In this document: piece after piece, positions 7,199-15,293 of the stretch
Position numbering within the stretch: the stretch's first letter is position 1
How the letters are laid out: each line of letters begins with the position of its first letter
DNA from: Kineococcus radiotolerans SRS30216 = ATCC BAA-149
Lineage (GTDB): Bacteria; Actinomycetota; Actinomycetes; Actinomycetales; Kineococcaceae
Length of the DNA: 32,000 nucleotides
Direction: 5' to 3'
Assembly (NCBI RefSeq): GCF_000017305.1
Contig: NC_009664.2
Location: 1,080,001 to 1,112,000 of the forward strand
The notes under the pieces: model-generated
The model's database searches: none
What the model was told of the DNA's origin: nothing
The model's input: only the letters and a program-made list of their open reading frames with translations
Position numbers and translations under genes: made by a program

Positions 7199-8896
7199 AT
7201 GACCGACTCGAGCACGACGGACGTCGAGACGCCCGACCAGACCACCGCACCGGACACCGCCGTCGAGGCCCCGCACGTGGGGACCTTCGCCGAGCACGGC
7301 GTGGACCCGCGGATCGCGCAGTCCCTCGCCGGCGCCGGCATCACCACGCCCTTCCCCATCCAGTCGATGACCCTGCCCGTGGCGCTGTCCGGGCACGACA
7401 TCATCGGCCAGGCCAAGACGGGCACGGGCAAGACCCTCGGCTTCGGCGTCCCGCTCCTGCAGCGGACCGCCGTCCCCGGTGACCCCGCCTACGACGCGCT
7501 GCCGAACCCGGGCAAGCCGCAGGCGCTGGTCATCGTCCCCACCCGCGAGCTCGCGACGCAGGTCGCCGGCGACCTGACGACCGCCAGCCGCAACTACCCG
7601 GCGCGCATCCTCACCGTCTACGGCGGCCGCGCCTACGAACCGCAGATCGACGCGCTGACCAAGGGCGTCGACGTCGTCGTCGGCACCCCGGGGCGGCTGC
7701 TCGACCTGGCCCAGCAGCGCCACCTGGACCTGTCCAACGTGAAGTGCGTCGTCCTCGACGAGGCCGACGAGATGCTCGACCTGGGCTTCCTGCCCGACGT
7801 CGAGCGCCTCATCGCCCAGACCGACCCGGCCCGCCAGACGATGCTGTTCTCGGCGACCATGCCCGGCCCGGTCGTGGCCATGGCGCGCTCCTACATGAGC
7901 CGCCCCACCCACATCCGCGCCGTGGACCCCACCGACGACGGGGCGACGGTCGCGGCCATCACCCAGTTCGCCTACCGCACCCACGCCCTGGACAAGGTCG
8001 AGGTCCTGGCCCGGATGCTGCAGGCCACCGGCCGCGGCCTGACCATCGTCTTCAGCCGCACCAAGCGCACCGCGGCCTCGGTCGCCGAGCAGCTCACCGA
8101 GCGCGGCTTCGCGGCGGCCTCCATCCACGGCGACCTGGGCCAGGGGGCGCGCGAGCAGGCCCTGCGTGCGTTCCGCCACGGCAAGGTGGACGTCCTCGTC
8201 GCCACCGACGTCGCGGCCCGCGGCATCGACGTCGAGGACGTCACGCACGTCATCAACTACCAGTGCCCCGAGGACGAGAAGACCTACCTGCACCGCATCG
8301 GGCGCACCGGGCGGGCCGGGAACACCGGTGTCGCGGTGACCTTCGTGGACTGGGACGAGCTGCCCCGCTGGTCCCTCATCGACAAGGCCCTCGGCCTCGG
8401 CTTCGGCGAGCCGGTCGAGACGTACTCGACCTCCCCCAACCTCTACGAGGACCTGGGCATCCCCGCCGGGACGACCGGGCGGCTCCCCCGCGGCCAGCGC
8501 ACCCGCGCCGGGCTGGAGGCCGAGCAGGTGGAGGACCTCGGCGAGGTCGGCGCGGCCAAGGGCCGCCGCCCGCGCAAGGACTCCCGCGACGGCGCGGGCT
8601 CCCGCGACGGCGGTGCCCGCGGCGCCGGGCCCGCTCCCGCCGCGGAGGAGGGGGTCGTCGAGGAGCGCGTCGCGCGTCCCCGCCGCGACCGCCAGCGCCG
8701 GCGCACCCGCAACGGCGTCGAGGTCGAGGAGACGGCCGTCGAGGCCGGCAGCACCGCGACCGCTCCCCCCGCCGCGTCGGCGCCGGCCGGGGCGGAGGAC
8801 GCCGAGCGCCCGCGCCGTCGTCGCCGCACCCGCACCCGGGCCGACGAGGCGGGCACGGGGACGGACGCGGCGGCGAGCGCTCCCGCGGCGGACTGA
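7199..8896 (+). CDS. DEAD-box ATP-dependent RNA helicase with Arg-rich disordered C-terminal tail
   Basis: Q motif (TFAEHGV...PFPIQ), motif I AKTGTGKT, Ia PTRELA, II VLDEADEMLD, III SAT, VI HRIGRTGRAG. ATG 7199 is preceded by GGGAGA. Confidence 0.93.
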   Translation: MTDSSTTDVETPDQTTAPDTAVEAPHVGTFAEHGVDPRIAQSLAGAGITTPFPIQSMTLPVALSGHDIIGQAKTGTGKTLGFGVPLLQRTAVPGDPAYDALPNPGKPQALVIVPTRELATQVAGDLTTASRNYPARILTVYGGRAYEPQIDALTKGVDVVVGTPGRLLDLAQQRHLDLSNVKCVVLDEADEMLDLGFLPDVERLIAQTDPARQTMLFSATMPGPVVAMARSYMSRPTHIRAVDPTDDGATVAAITQFAYRTHALDKVEVLARMLQATGRGLTIVFSRTKRTAASVAEQLTERGFAAASIHGDLGQGAREQALRAFRHGKVDVLVATDVAARGIDVEDVTHVINYQCPEDEKTYLHRIGRTGRAGNTGVAVTFVDWDELPRWSLIDKALGLGFGEPVETYSTSPNLYEDLGIPAGTTGRLPRGQRTRAGLEAEQVEDLGEVGAAKGRRPRKDSRDGAGSRDGGARGAGPAPAAEEGVVEERVARPRRDRQRRRTRNGVEVEETAVEAGSTATAPPAASAPAGAEDAERPRRRRRTRTRADEAGTGTDAAASAPAAD

Positions 8897-8901
8897 CCGA
8901 C

Positions 8902-8933
8902 CGGGGCCGGGCCCACCCGTGGGCCCGGCCCCG
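8902..8933 (+). terminator. Near-perfect 14-15-bp GC hairpin 6 nt after the helicase stop
   Basis: CGGGGCCGGGCCCAC-CC-GTGGGCCCGGCCCCG. The arms are exact reverse complements and no U-tract follows. Confidence 0.6.
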
Positions 8934-8970
8934 AGCTGCGTCCTGCCCCGGGCGAGCGCACCCTGGAGGG

Positions 8971-9690
8971 GTGACAGCCACCACGACAGGACGCGGCGCC
9001 GCCCGGGTGGCGCTGCGCGGCCGGCCCGCACCGGCCCGCCCCCCGTCGGTCTCCGCGGCGCTGCACGCCCGTCCGACCCTGGAGGTGGCGCTGCTGGCGG
9101 CCGCCCTGGTGGAGGAGCGGCACCCGCGGCTGGCCCGGGTCGTCACCGCCGACGAACGTCCCCGGCGCCGCCGGGTGCAGGACGCGGCGGCCCTGCTGCG
9201 CGCCGCCACCACCGACCCCGTGCGGGCCCTGGGGCTGGCGGCGCGGGAACGGGCGGTGGGCGGGGACCCGCACGTGCGTCCCGAGGGGCACGACCCGGAC
9301 CTGCTGGCCCTGCGTCACGCGCTGCGGGTGCACTGCGTGCTGCTGACGGCCGCGGCCGCGGGCGGGGAGCCGACCCCGGCGGCGGCGGAGAGCTACGTGC
9401 GGGAGCAGCGCAGCACCGCGGTGCTGCTGGGTGCCGAACCCGACGACCTGCCGGCGACGCTGGCCGAGGTGGCGGAGGACGTCGCCGCGGTGCGCGCCGA
9501 GGTGGAGGCCGACCCGGCCCCCGTCACCGCGGCCCTGGGCGGCCACCGGGACGGCTGCGGGGACGGCTGCGAGGACGGGGCCTGGCACCGGGTGTCGCGG
9601 CTGGCCCTGGGCGTGCTGCCCCCGTGGGCGCGGCCGGGACCGGTGGCGGTCGACCCCGGGGGGCTGACCGCGCGCCTGCGGCGCCTCTGA
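8971..9690 (+). CDS. Hypothetical Ala/Arg-rich protein (239 aa), function unknown
   Basis: This is the 3' part of a long ORF-track frame (7744-9690). Third-position GC is high from 8971 onward. GTG 8971 lies 6 nt after CACCCT (8959-8964) and downstream of the helicase terminator. I recognise no family. Confidence 0.5.
   Translation: MTATTTGRGAARVALRGRPAPARPPSVSAALHARPTLEVALLAAALVEERHPRLARVVTADERPRRRRVQDAAALLRAATTDPVRALGLAARERAVGGDPHVRPEGHDPDLLALRHALRVHCVLLTAAAAGGEPTPAAAESYVREQRSTAVLLGAEPDDLPATLAEVAEDVAAVRAEVEADPAPVTAALGGHRDGCGDGCEDGAWHRVSRLALGVLPPWARPGPVAVDPGGLTARLRRL
9547..9582 (+). repeat. In-frame 12-nt tandem repeat (cgg/ggg/gag-GAC-GGC-TGC) encoding RDGC-GDGC-EDGA
   Basis: Positions 9548-9559 and 9560-9571 are identical (GGGACGGCTGCG). 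A third degenerate copy follows. Confidence 0.85.
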
Positions 9691-9706
9691 GGCCGGGCGG
9701 GCCGGG

Positions 9707-10312
9707 TCAGGCGGGACCGACGACGAAGGTGCGCACGGCGTCGGCCACCAGCTGCACGGCGATCGCCGACAGCAGCAGACCCGCCACCCGCGTCACCAGC
9801 AGGACCCCGGAGTCGCCAAGGACCTTGTGCACCAACCCGGCGAAGCGCATCGCCAGCCACAGCGTGACGTGCACGGCCAGCACGCCCAGGGCGACCGCGG
9901 CCCGGTCGTCCCAGCCCTCGGCCTGCTGCACGAAGACCATGGTGGCGACGATGGCGCCGGGGCCGGCGAGCAGCGGGGTGCCCAGCGGGACCATGGCCAC
10001 GTTGACCCCGACGGTGCTGGTGGGCTCGTCCCCCTTGCCGGTCAGCAGCTCCAGGGCGATGAGCAGCAGCAGGAGACCCCCCGCGGCCTGCAGCGCGGGC
10101 AGGCTGATGTGCAGGTAGTCCAGGATCCGCTGGCCGAAGAGGGCGAAGGCGACGATGACGCCGAAGGCGACGAACACCGCCTGCCGCGCGGCGCGGGAGC
10201 GTTCGGCGGTGCTGAAGCTGGCGGTGAGGCCCAGGAAGATCGGCACGGTCCCCAGCGGGTCCATGATGACGAACAGGGTGACGAAGGCCTCCCCGAAGAG
10301 CTGCCAGTTCAC
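9707..10312 (-). CDS. MarC family (UPF0056) integral membrane protein
   Basis: MNWQLFGEAFVTLFVIMDPLGTVPIFLGLT... followed by six hydrophobic segments. The GTG start overlaps the TGA of the PHP gene (GTGA 10309-10312). Confidence 0.85.
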   Translation of the reverse strand: MNWQLFGEAFVTLFVIMDPLGTVPIFLGLTASFSTAERSRAARQAVFVAFGVIVAFALFGQRILDYLHISLPALQAAGGLLLLLIALELLTGKGDEPTSTVGVNVAMVPLGTPLLAGPGAIVATMVFVQQAEGWDDRAAVALGVLAVHVTLWLAMRFAGLVHKVLGDSGVLLVTRVAGLLLSAIAVQLVADAVRTFVVGPA

Positions 10313-11166
10313 CGGGGCGACGTCCCGGTGACCCCGGCCCCGGCCTCGGCGAGGGCGTCCAGGCGGGCCAGGACCTCGGGGTCGGTGGTGTTCTCCCCCA
10401 GCAGGTTGCGCTTGCCCGTGCCGTGGTAGTCGCTGGAGCCGGTGACCAGCAGGCCCAGGGAGCGGGCCACGTCGCGCAGGTGCGCGCGCTCGGCGTCGGA
10501 GTGGTCGCGGTGGTCGACCTCGAGCCCGGCCAGCCCCGCCTCGACCATGGCCTCGATGTCGGCGTCGCCGATGCAGCTGCCCCGCTTCGAGGCCGCGGGG
10601 TGGGCGATGACGGACACCCCGCCGGCGGCGCGGACCCGGCGCACGGCCTCGACCGGGTCGGGGGCGGTCTGCGGGACGAAGTACCGGCTGCGGCCGGAGA
10701 GGACCGTGGCGAAGGCCTCGTCGCGGTCGGCGACGACGCCCCGGGCCACGAGGGCGTCGGCGATGTGCGGGCGCCCGATCGTCGCCCCGCCGTGGACGTG
10801 CTCCAGGACGTCCTCCCAGCGCAGGCCGGTGTCGGGGCCGAGCCGCTCGACCATGAGCCGGGCGCGGCTGGCCCTCGAGGTGCGCGAGCCGGCGAGCATG
10901 CGGGCCAGCGGCTCGTCGGCCGGGTCGTGCCGGTAGGAGAGGAGGTGGACGGAGACGCCGCCCCGCAGGCAGCTGATCTCCACCCCGGGGACCACGCGGA
11001 CTCCCAACCGCTCGCCCGTCGCGACGGCCTCGTCCCAGCCGTCGCTGGTGTCGTGGTCGGTGAGGGCGATGACGTCGAGCCCGGCCTCGGCGGCGGAGGT
11101 CACGACCCCCGCCGGCGGCTGGGTCCCGTCGGAAGCGTTGGAGTGCGTGTGCAGGTCGATGCGCAC
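10309..11166 (-). CDS. PHP-domain metal-dependent phosphoesterase (TrpH/YciV-like)
   Basis: MRIDLHTHSNASDGT...VIALTDHDT...GVEIS...HLL...IAHP...GLEVDHRDH...GSSDYHG is the PHP His/Asp motif series. Confidence 0.88.
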   Translation of the reverse strand: MRIDLHTHSNASDGTQPPAGVVTSAAEAGLDVIALTDHDTSDGWDEAVATGERLGVRVVPGVEISCLRGGVSVHLLSYRHDPADEPLARMLAGSRTSRASRARLMVERLGPDTGLRWEDVLEHVHGGATIGRPHIADALVARGVVADRDEAFATVLSGRSRYFVPQTAPDPVEAVRRVRAAGGVSVIAHPAASKRGSCIGDADIEAMVEAGLAGLEVDHRDHSDAERAHLRDVARSLGLLVTGSSDYHGTGKRNLLGENTTDPEVLARLDALAEAGAGVTGTSPR

Positions 11167-11172
11167 CCCGAG

Positions 11173-11178
11173 AGCTTA
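11173..11178 (-). promoter_or_regulatory. Candidate -10 box TAAGCT, 6 nt upstream of the PHP GTG (leaderless candidate)
   Basis: The minus strand reads CACGTAAGCTCTCGGGGTG. There is no SD between the hexamer and the start. Confidence 0.35.
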
Positions 11179-11224
11179 CGTGCCGTTCCCGGTCCTCCGG
11201 TCCACGCGCGCCCGCGCCCGGGTC

Positions 11225-11890
11225 TCAGGCCCGCAGGGCGCTGGGCGGGGCGGACCAGGCGACCCGGGGCGAGAGCGCCCCGCAGGGCACGTCGAGCTCG
11301 TGGCCGGGGTCGCGCAGGTCGATCAGGTGCAGGTCGTCGAGGAGGGTGACGCCCGCGGTGGCCGGCCACAGCAGCGCCCACAGCCAGACCCCGCCGGCCT
11401 CCCCGACGAGGACGGCCCGGTCCTCCGCGGAGGGCACCGGCCACAAGGGGGTGGCGGCTCCGTCGGCGTGGGGCCGGGCGGCGGGCCGGCCGGTGACCAG
11501 CCCCTCGCCGGGGTCGACGTCGTCGAGGCCGGCGAGGTGGGCGCCCAGTCCCGTGCCGGGCTGCTCGGAGACGAGGAGGAGGTCGGCCACCGGGGAGCCG
11601 CCGGTGCCGTGGTGGGGGCCGCTGGCGGCCACGACCACGGCCTGCGCCTCGTGCTTGCCGTCGCGCACGCAGCGGGTCCCGGTGACCAGCCAGCCGTCGG
11701 GCAGGGGCCACGGCAGCCAGACGGGGACGTCGGAGTGCCGCGCGACCCAGGCCAGGTGCTCGGCGTCGGCGGGCTGGGGGGGCTGCAGGGGGACCACCTC
11801 CCCGTGGACCGCGCAGGTCGCCGAGGAGTGCCAGATGCTGGGTGCCCGCACCGCTCCGTCGCAGCGGGGGCACGTCGCCGTACCGCCCAT
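11225..11890 (-). CDS. Conserved actinobacterial hypothetical protein (DUF6758-like) with N-terminal CxxC...CxxH element
   Basis: MGGTATCPRCDGAVRAPSIWHSSATCAVHGEVVPLQPP...VPVWLPWPLPDGWLVTG... with high GC3. The ORF-track start (12385) is trimmed to ATG 11890. The family name is from memory only. Confidence 0.55.
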   Translation of the reverse strand: MGGTATCPRCDGAVRAPSIWHSSATCAVHGEVVPLQPPQPADAEHLAWVARHSDVPVWLPWPLPDGWLVTGTRCVRDGKHEAQAVVVAASGPHHGTGGSPVADLLLVSEQPGTGLGAHLAGLDDVDPGEGLVTGRPAARPHADGAATPLWPVPSAEDRAVLVGEAGGVWLWALLWPATAGVTLLDDLHLIDLRDPGHELDVPCGALSPRVAWSAPPSALRA

Positions 11891-12038
11891 GCTCCACGGT
11901 GGCCCCGCGACCGCCCGGACGTCAACAGCTGGGTGACGTGCAGTCACGCCGGACGACACCCGGTGACCACCGGGTGGCCTCCGGGGCGGGGCGGCGGGGT
12001 GGGGGGACAAGCCGGCGGGGGCGGGCGATGATGGGGCC

Positions 12039-13634
12039 GTGACTTCCGGAGCGACTTCGCAGACGACGCAGCTGGACGGGGAGGTGGAGGGGGCGACCGT
12101 CGAGGACGTCCTCGACGCCCGCGCCCCCGAGGCCGGAGACCCCGTGGTCGCCGTCCCGGGCGCGGAGGAGGACGCGGAGGACGAGAGGTCCCACCGCTCG
12201 ACCCCCCGCTCGGCGGCCTTCCGCCGCTTCATCGCCGAGGGCTGGGGCCCCCGCCCCGCCGAGGACCTCGGCGCCGCGCCGTCGGCCCCCTTCGCCGCGC
12301 GCCGGCGCGAGGTGCTGTCCTCGCTGTTCCCGCACGAGGTCCTCGTCGTGCCCGCCGGCACCCTCGTCCGCCGCTCCAACGACACCGACTACCGCTTCCG
12401 GCCGCACTCGGCGTTCGCGCACCTCACCGGGCTCGGCACCGACCGCGAGGCCGACGCCGTCCTCGTCCTGCACCCGCGCGCCGGCGCGGAGGGCCACGAG
12501 GCCGTCCTCTACGTGCGCCCGCAGGCCGGGCGGGAGACCGAGGAGTTCTTCGCCGACGCCCGCTACGGCGAGCTCTGGGTCGGGGTCCGTCCCACGCTGC
12601 GCGAGTTCGAGGCCCAGACCGGGATCACCTGCCACGACGTCGCGGCCCTGGCCGACGAGGTCGCCGCGTCGATGGCCGAGGGGACCACCACGGGCCTGCG
12701 CCTGGTGCCCGACGCGGACCCCGCGGTCACCGGGACCGTGCTCCCGCTGCGCCCGACCCCGCCGGAGGCGGCCGACGACGAGTTCGTCACCGCCCTCTCG
12801 GAGCTGCGGCTGGTCAAGGACGAGCACGAGGTCGCCCAGATGAGGGAGGCCGTCGCGGCCAGCGTGCGGGGCTTCGAGGAGGTCGTGCGGGTCCTGCCCC
12901 GGGCCGTGGGGCACCCGCGCGGGGAACGCGTCGTGGAGGCCGCCTTCGACGGCCACGCCCGCGTCGAGGGCAACGCCGTGGGCTACGAGACGATCTCCGC
13001 GGCCGGGAACCACGCCTGCACGCTGCACTGGATCCGCAACGACGGGGCCATCGCCCCCGGCCAGCTGCTGCTGCTGGACGCCGGGGTGGAGGTCGACTCC
13101 CTCTACACCGCCGACGTGACCCGCACCCTGCCCGTCGACGGCACCTTCACCGACGCCCAGCGCCGCGTCTACCAGGCCGTCCTCGACGCCTCCGAGGCCG
13201 CCTTCGCCGTCGCCCGGCCCGGGGTGCGCTTCCGCGAGGTCCACGAGGCCGCGATGCGCGTCGTGGCCGACCGGCTGTCCGCGTGGGGGATGCTGCCCGT
13301 CGACGCGGCGTCCTCGCTCGAGCCCGGCGGGCAGTTCCACCGCCGGTGGATGCCGCACGGCACCAGCCACCACCTCGGCCTCGACGTCCACGACTGCGCC
13401 CAGGCCCGCCGGGAGATGTACCTCGACGCCGAGCTGCGCGAGGGCATGATCTTCACCATCGAGCCGGGCATCTACATCAAGGCCGAGGACGAGCTCGCCC
13501 CCGAGGAGCTGCGCGGCATCGGGGTGCGGATCGAGGACGACGTCCTGGTGACCGCCGACGGGGTGGAGAACCTCACCGCCGTGCTGGCCCGCACCCCCGA
13601 CGCCGTCGAGGCGTGGATGGCCTCGCTGCGCTGA
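12039..13634 (+). CDS. Xaa-Pro aminopeptidase (M24B, aminopeptidase P family)
   Basis: An N-terminal creatinase/AMP_N-like region (YRFRPHSAFAHLTG) plus the M24 core (LLLDAGVEVDSLYTADVTRT, HGTSHHLGLDVHD, FTIEPGIY, GVRIEDDVLVT) carrying the metal ligands. Confidence 0.9.
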   Translation: MTSGATSQTTQLDGEVEGATVEDVLDARAPEAGDPVVAVPGAEEDAEDERSHRSTPRSAAFRRFIAEGWGPRPAEDLGAAPSAPFAARRREVLSSLFPHEVLVVPAGTLVRRSNDTDYRFRPHSAFAHLTGLGTDREADAVLVLHPRAGAEGHEAVLYVRPQAGRETEEFFADARYGELWVGVRPTLREFEAQTGITCHDVAALADEVAASMAEGTTTGLRLVPDADPAVTGTVLPLRPTPPEAADDEFVTALSELRLVKDEHEVAQMREAVAASVRGFEEVVRVLPRAVGHPRGERVVEAAFDGHARVEGNAVGYETISAAGNHACTLHWIRNDGAIAPGQLLLLDAGVEVDSLYTADVTRTLPVDGTFTDAQRRVYQAVLDASEAAFAVARPGVRFREVHEAAMRVVADRLSAWGMLPVDAASSLEPGGQFHRRWMPHGTSHHLGLDVHDCAQARREMYLDAELREGMIFTIEPGIYIKAEDELAPEELRGIGVRIEDDVLVTADGVENLTAVLARTPDAVEAWMASLR

Positions 13635-13648
13635 GGACCCGCGGACGC

Positions 13649-13675
13649 GGCCCGGGGGCGGTGGGCCCCCGGGCC
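13649..13675. terminator. Bidirectional GC hairpin between convergent genes (10-11-bp stem)
   Basis: GGCCCGGGGG-CGGTGGG-CCCCCGGGCC, located between the pepP-like stop (13634) and the stop of the minus-strand gene (13683). Confidence 0.55.
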
Positions 13676-13682
13676 CCGAGGG

Positions 13683-14486
13683 TCACTCCGCGTCGCGCAC
13701 CCGGTCGCGCTCCTGCTGCTCCGCGGCGCGGCGCGCGCGGCGCTGCTCCTCGACCTTCTCGGCGTAGGTGGGGCCGGAGAGGTCCATCACCGGCTCCGGC
13801 TCGGCCGGGCGCTCCCCCGCCGGCGGCGGCGGCTGGTGGGCCGGGGCACTGCCCGGCTGCGGCGGCGGGAGGTGGGCGCCCGGCGGCGGCGCGGTGGGCG
13901 CGGACCAGGGGCCCGGGCGCGCCCCGGGGTCCGGAGCGCCCCACTGCGAGGAGCCGCCGGAGGGCGCGGAGTAGTCCGGGCCGGTGCCGCGGCCGAGGCC
14001 GTTGGGCAGGCGCGAGAGGACCTCGCGGGCCTGCCCGGCCAGCTGCGGCAGGCAGAGGACGGTGTACTCCGAGGCCACGATCTGGCTGGAGGAGGTGAAG
14101 TCGCGCCGGCCACCGGTCAGCGCGTAGGAGATCACGCCGAAGAGCATCCCGAACCCGGCCCCGACGAGGACCCCGGTGAGCAGCGCCCCGCTGCCGCCGC
14201 CGCCGAAGACGGACAGCATGAGGCCCACGAGGAGACCGAACCAGGCGCCCGAGGCCGCCCCGGCCCCGGCGGCCCGCCCGTAGGTCAGCCGTCCCGTGAC
14301 CCGCTCGACCATCTGCAGGCCGTTGCCGACGATGGTGACGTTCTGCACCGGGAAGTGCTCGTCGGAGAGGAAGTCCACGGCCCGCTGCGCCTCCGAGTAC
14401 GTGGCGTAGCGACCGATCGCCTCCCCCGACGGCGGGGTGGGGGTGGTCATTCGCTGCGGACCACCCATGGGCCCGAGGTTCGACAT
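13683..14486 (-). CDS. General-stress-protein-17M-like membrane protein with Pro-rich C-terminal tail
   Basis: IGRYATYSEAQRAVDFLSDEHFPVQNVTIVGNGLQMVERVTG, then Gly-rich TM segments (AWFGLLVGLMLSVFGGGG, LLTGVLVGAGFGMLFGVI), then a PPPG-rich tail. ATG 14486 has GAGGA 6 nt upstream. Alternative in-frame ATGs are at 14468 and 14450. Confidence 0.65.
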   Translation of the reverse strand: MSNLGPMGGPQRMTTPTPPSGEAIGRYATYSEAQRAVDFLSDEHFPVQNVTIVGNGLQMVERVTGRLTYGRAAGAGAASGAWFGLLVGLMLSVFGGGGSGALLTGVLVGAGFGMLFGVISYALTGGRRDFTSSSQIVASEYTVLCLPQLAGQAREVLSRLPNGLGRGTGPDYSAPSGGSSQWGAPDPGARPGPWSAPTAPPPGAHLPPPQPGSAPAHQPPPPAGERPAEPEPVMDLSGPTYAEKVEEQRRARRAAEQQERDRVRDAE

Positions 14487-14579
14487 TCGACATCCTCACC
14501 GGTCGTACCCGTCCCGCGACGTTCGCGCGGGATCGGTCGATGCTCCCAGCCGGGAGCCCCGACACCTGCCCAACGACGC

Positions 14580-14619
14580 GGGCCGGGAGGTCGTGCCCGT
14601 GGGCACGACCTCCCGGCCC
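14580..14619 (-). terminator. Perfect 19-bp hairpin 11 nt downstream of the dps stop
   Basis: GGGCCGGGAGGTCGTGCCC-GT-GGGCACGACCTCCCGGCCC. The arms are exact reverse complements. Confidence 0.7.
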
Positions 14620-14629
14620 GCGGTGGACG

Positions 14630-15229
14630 TCAGGCGGTCTTGCGCTTGGCCCCGGCCCGGGCCTGGCTGCGCGCCTGCACCTCGGAGGAGGCGCCCGCGG
14701 TGGACAGCTGGCCGCCGGAGGTCTCCAGGTGGGCGCGCACGAACCAGTGGTACTGCTCCAGCTGGGCGGACTGGGCGATGAGCATGTCCTCGGTGATCGG
14801 GTCCAGCTCACCCACCGCCTCGACGGCCCGGCGGTGGTCCTGGATGACCCCGGAGTACACGAGGTCGAGGGCGCCGAGGTGCTCGATGGCCCCCGCGCGC
14901 CCGATGGAGTAGTCGTCCCAGCTGCGGTCGGCGACCAGCGCACCGGGCGTGCCGTAGGGCGAGAGGCCGAGGGTGGCGATGCGCTCGGCCGTGGTGTCGG
15001 CCATCTCGCGGACGGCGTCGACCTGCGGGTCGAGCATCTCGTGCACGGCGACGAAGTGCGGGCCGACGACGTTCCAGTGGACGTGCTTCAGCGTCAGGTG
15101 CAGGTCGGTCAGGGCGTTGAGCCGGTCCTGGAGCACCGCCGCGATCTCCGCGGCCTGCTCGGGGGTGAGTCCGGGAACGGTGTAGAGGGGGACGCCCTCC
15201 GCCTTCATCTTCTTGCTCTCCTTGGCCAT
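14630..15229 (-). CDS. dps: Dps-family DNA-protection/ferritin-like protein
   Basis: MAKESKKMK...LQDRLNALTDLHLTLKHVHWNVVGPHFVAVHEMLDPQVD...ADTTAERIATLG...EDMLI is the Dps ferroxidase-site pattern (HxxHWNV...HxxxD...E). The ORF-track N-terminal extension (to 15892) runs antisense to the next gene. Confidence 0.92.
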   Translation of the reverse strand: MAKESKKMKAEGVPLYTVPGLTPEQAAEIAAVLQDRLNALTDLHLTLKHVHWNVVGPHFVAVHEMLDPQVDAVREMADTTAERIATLGLSPYGTPGALVADRSWDDYSIGRAGAIEHLGALDLVYSGVIQDHRRAVEAVGELDPITEDMLIAQSAQLEQYHWFVRAHLETSGGQLSTAGASSEVQARSQARAGAKRKTA

Positions 15230-15235
15230 GCCGCC

Positions 15236-15241
15236 ACGGTA
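15236..15241 (-). promoter_or_regulatory. Candidate -10 box TACCGT, 6 nt upstream of the dps ATG (leaderless candidate)
   Basis: The minus strand reads CCTCCTACCGTGGCGGCATG. There is no SD on this strand. Confidence 0.4.
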
Positions 15242-15280
15242 GGAGGCGCCGCGCGGTGCCGCGCGCTGGAAGCCAGCCCC

Positions 15281-15286
15281 TAGATT
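15281..15286 (+). promoter_or_regulatory. Candidate -10 box TAGATT, 7 nt upstream of GTG 15294 (leaderless candidate)
   Basis: CCCCTAGATTGGAGCGTGTGACC. The same CTAGATTG octamer precedes the O-methyltransferase gene at 23522-23529. Confidence 0.45.
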
Positions 15287-15293
15287 GGAGCGT

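Noticed and set aside
14480-14493. 7-nt tandem duplication TCGACAT x2 (ATGTCGA x2 on the coding strand), giving two ATGs at the start of the stress-protein gene
   Set aside because: The upstream ATG abuts the GAGGA SD (no spacing) and is out of frame. The second ATG has normal 6-nt spacing. This looks like a trivial slippage duplication with no evident consequence.
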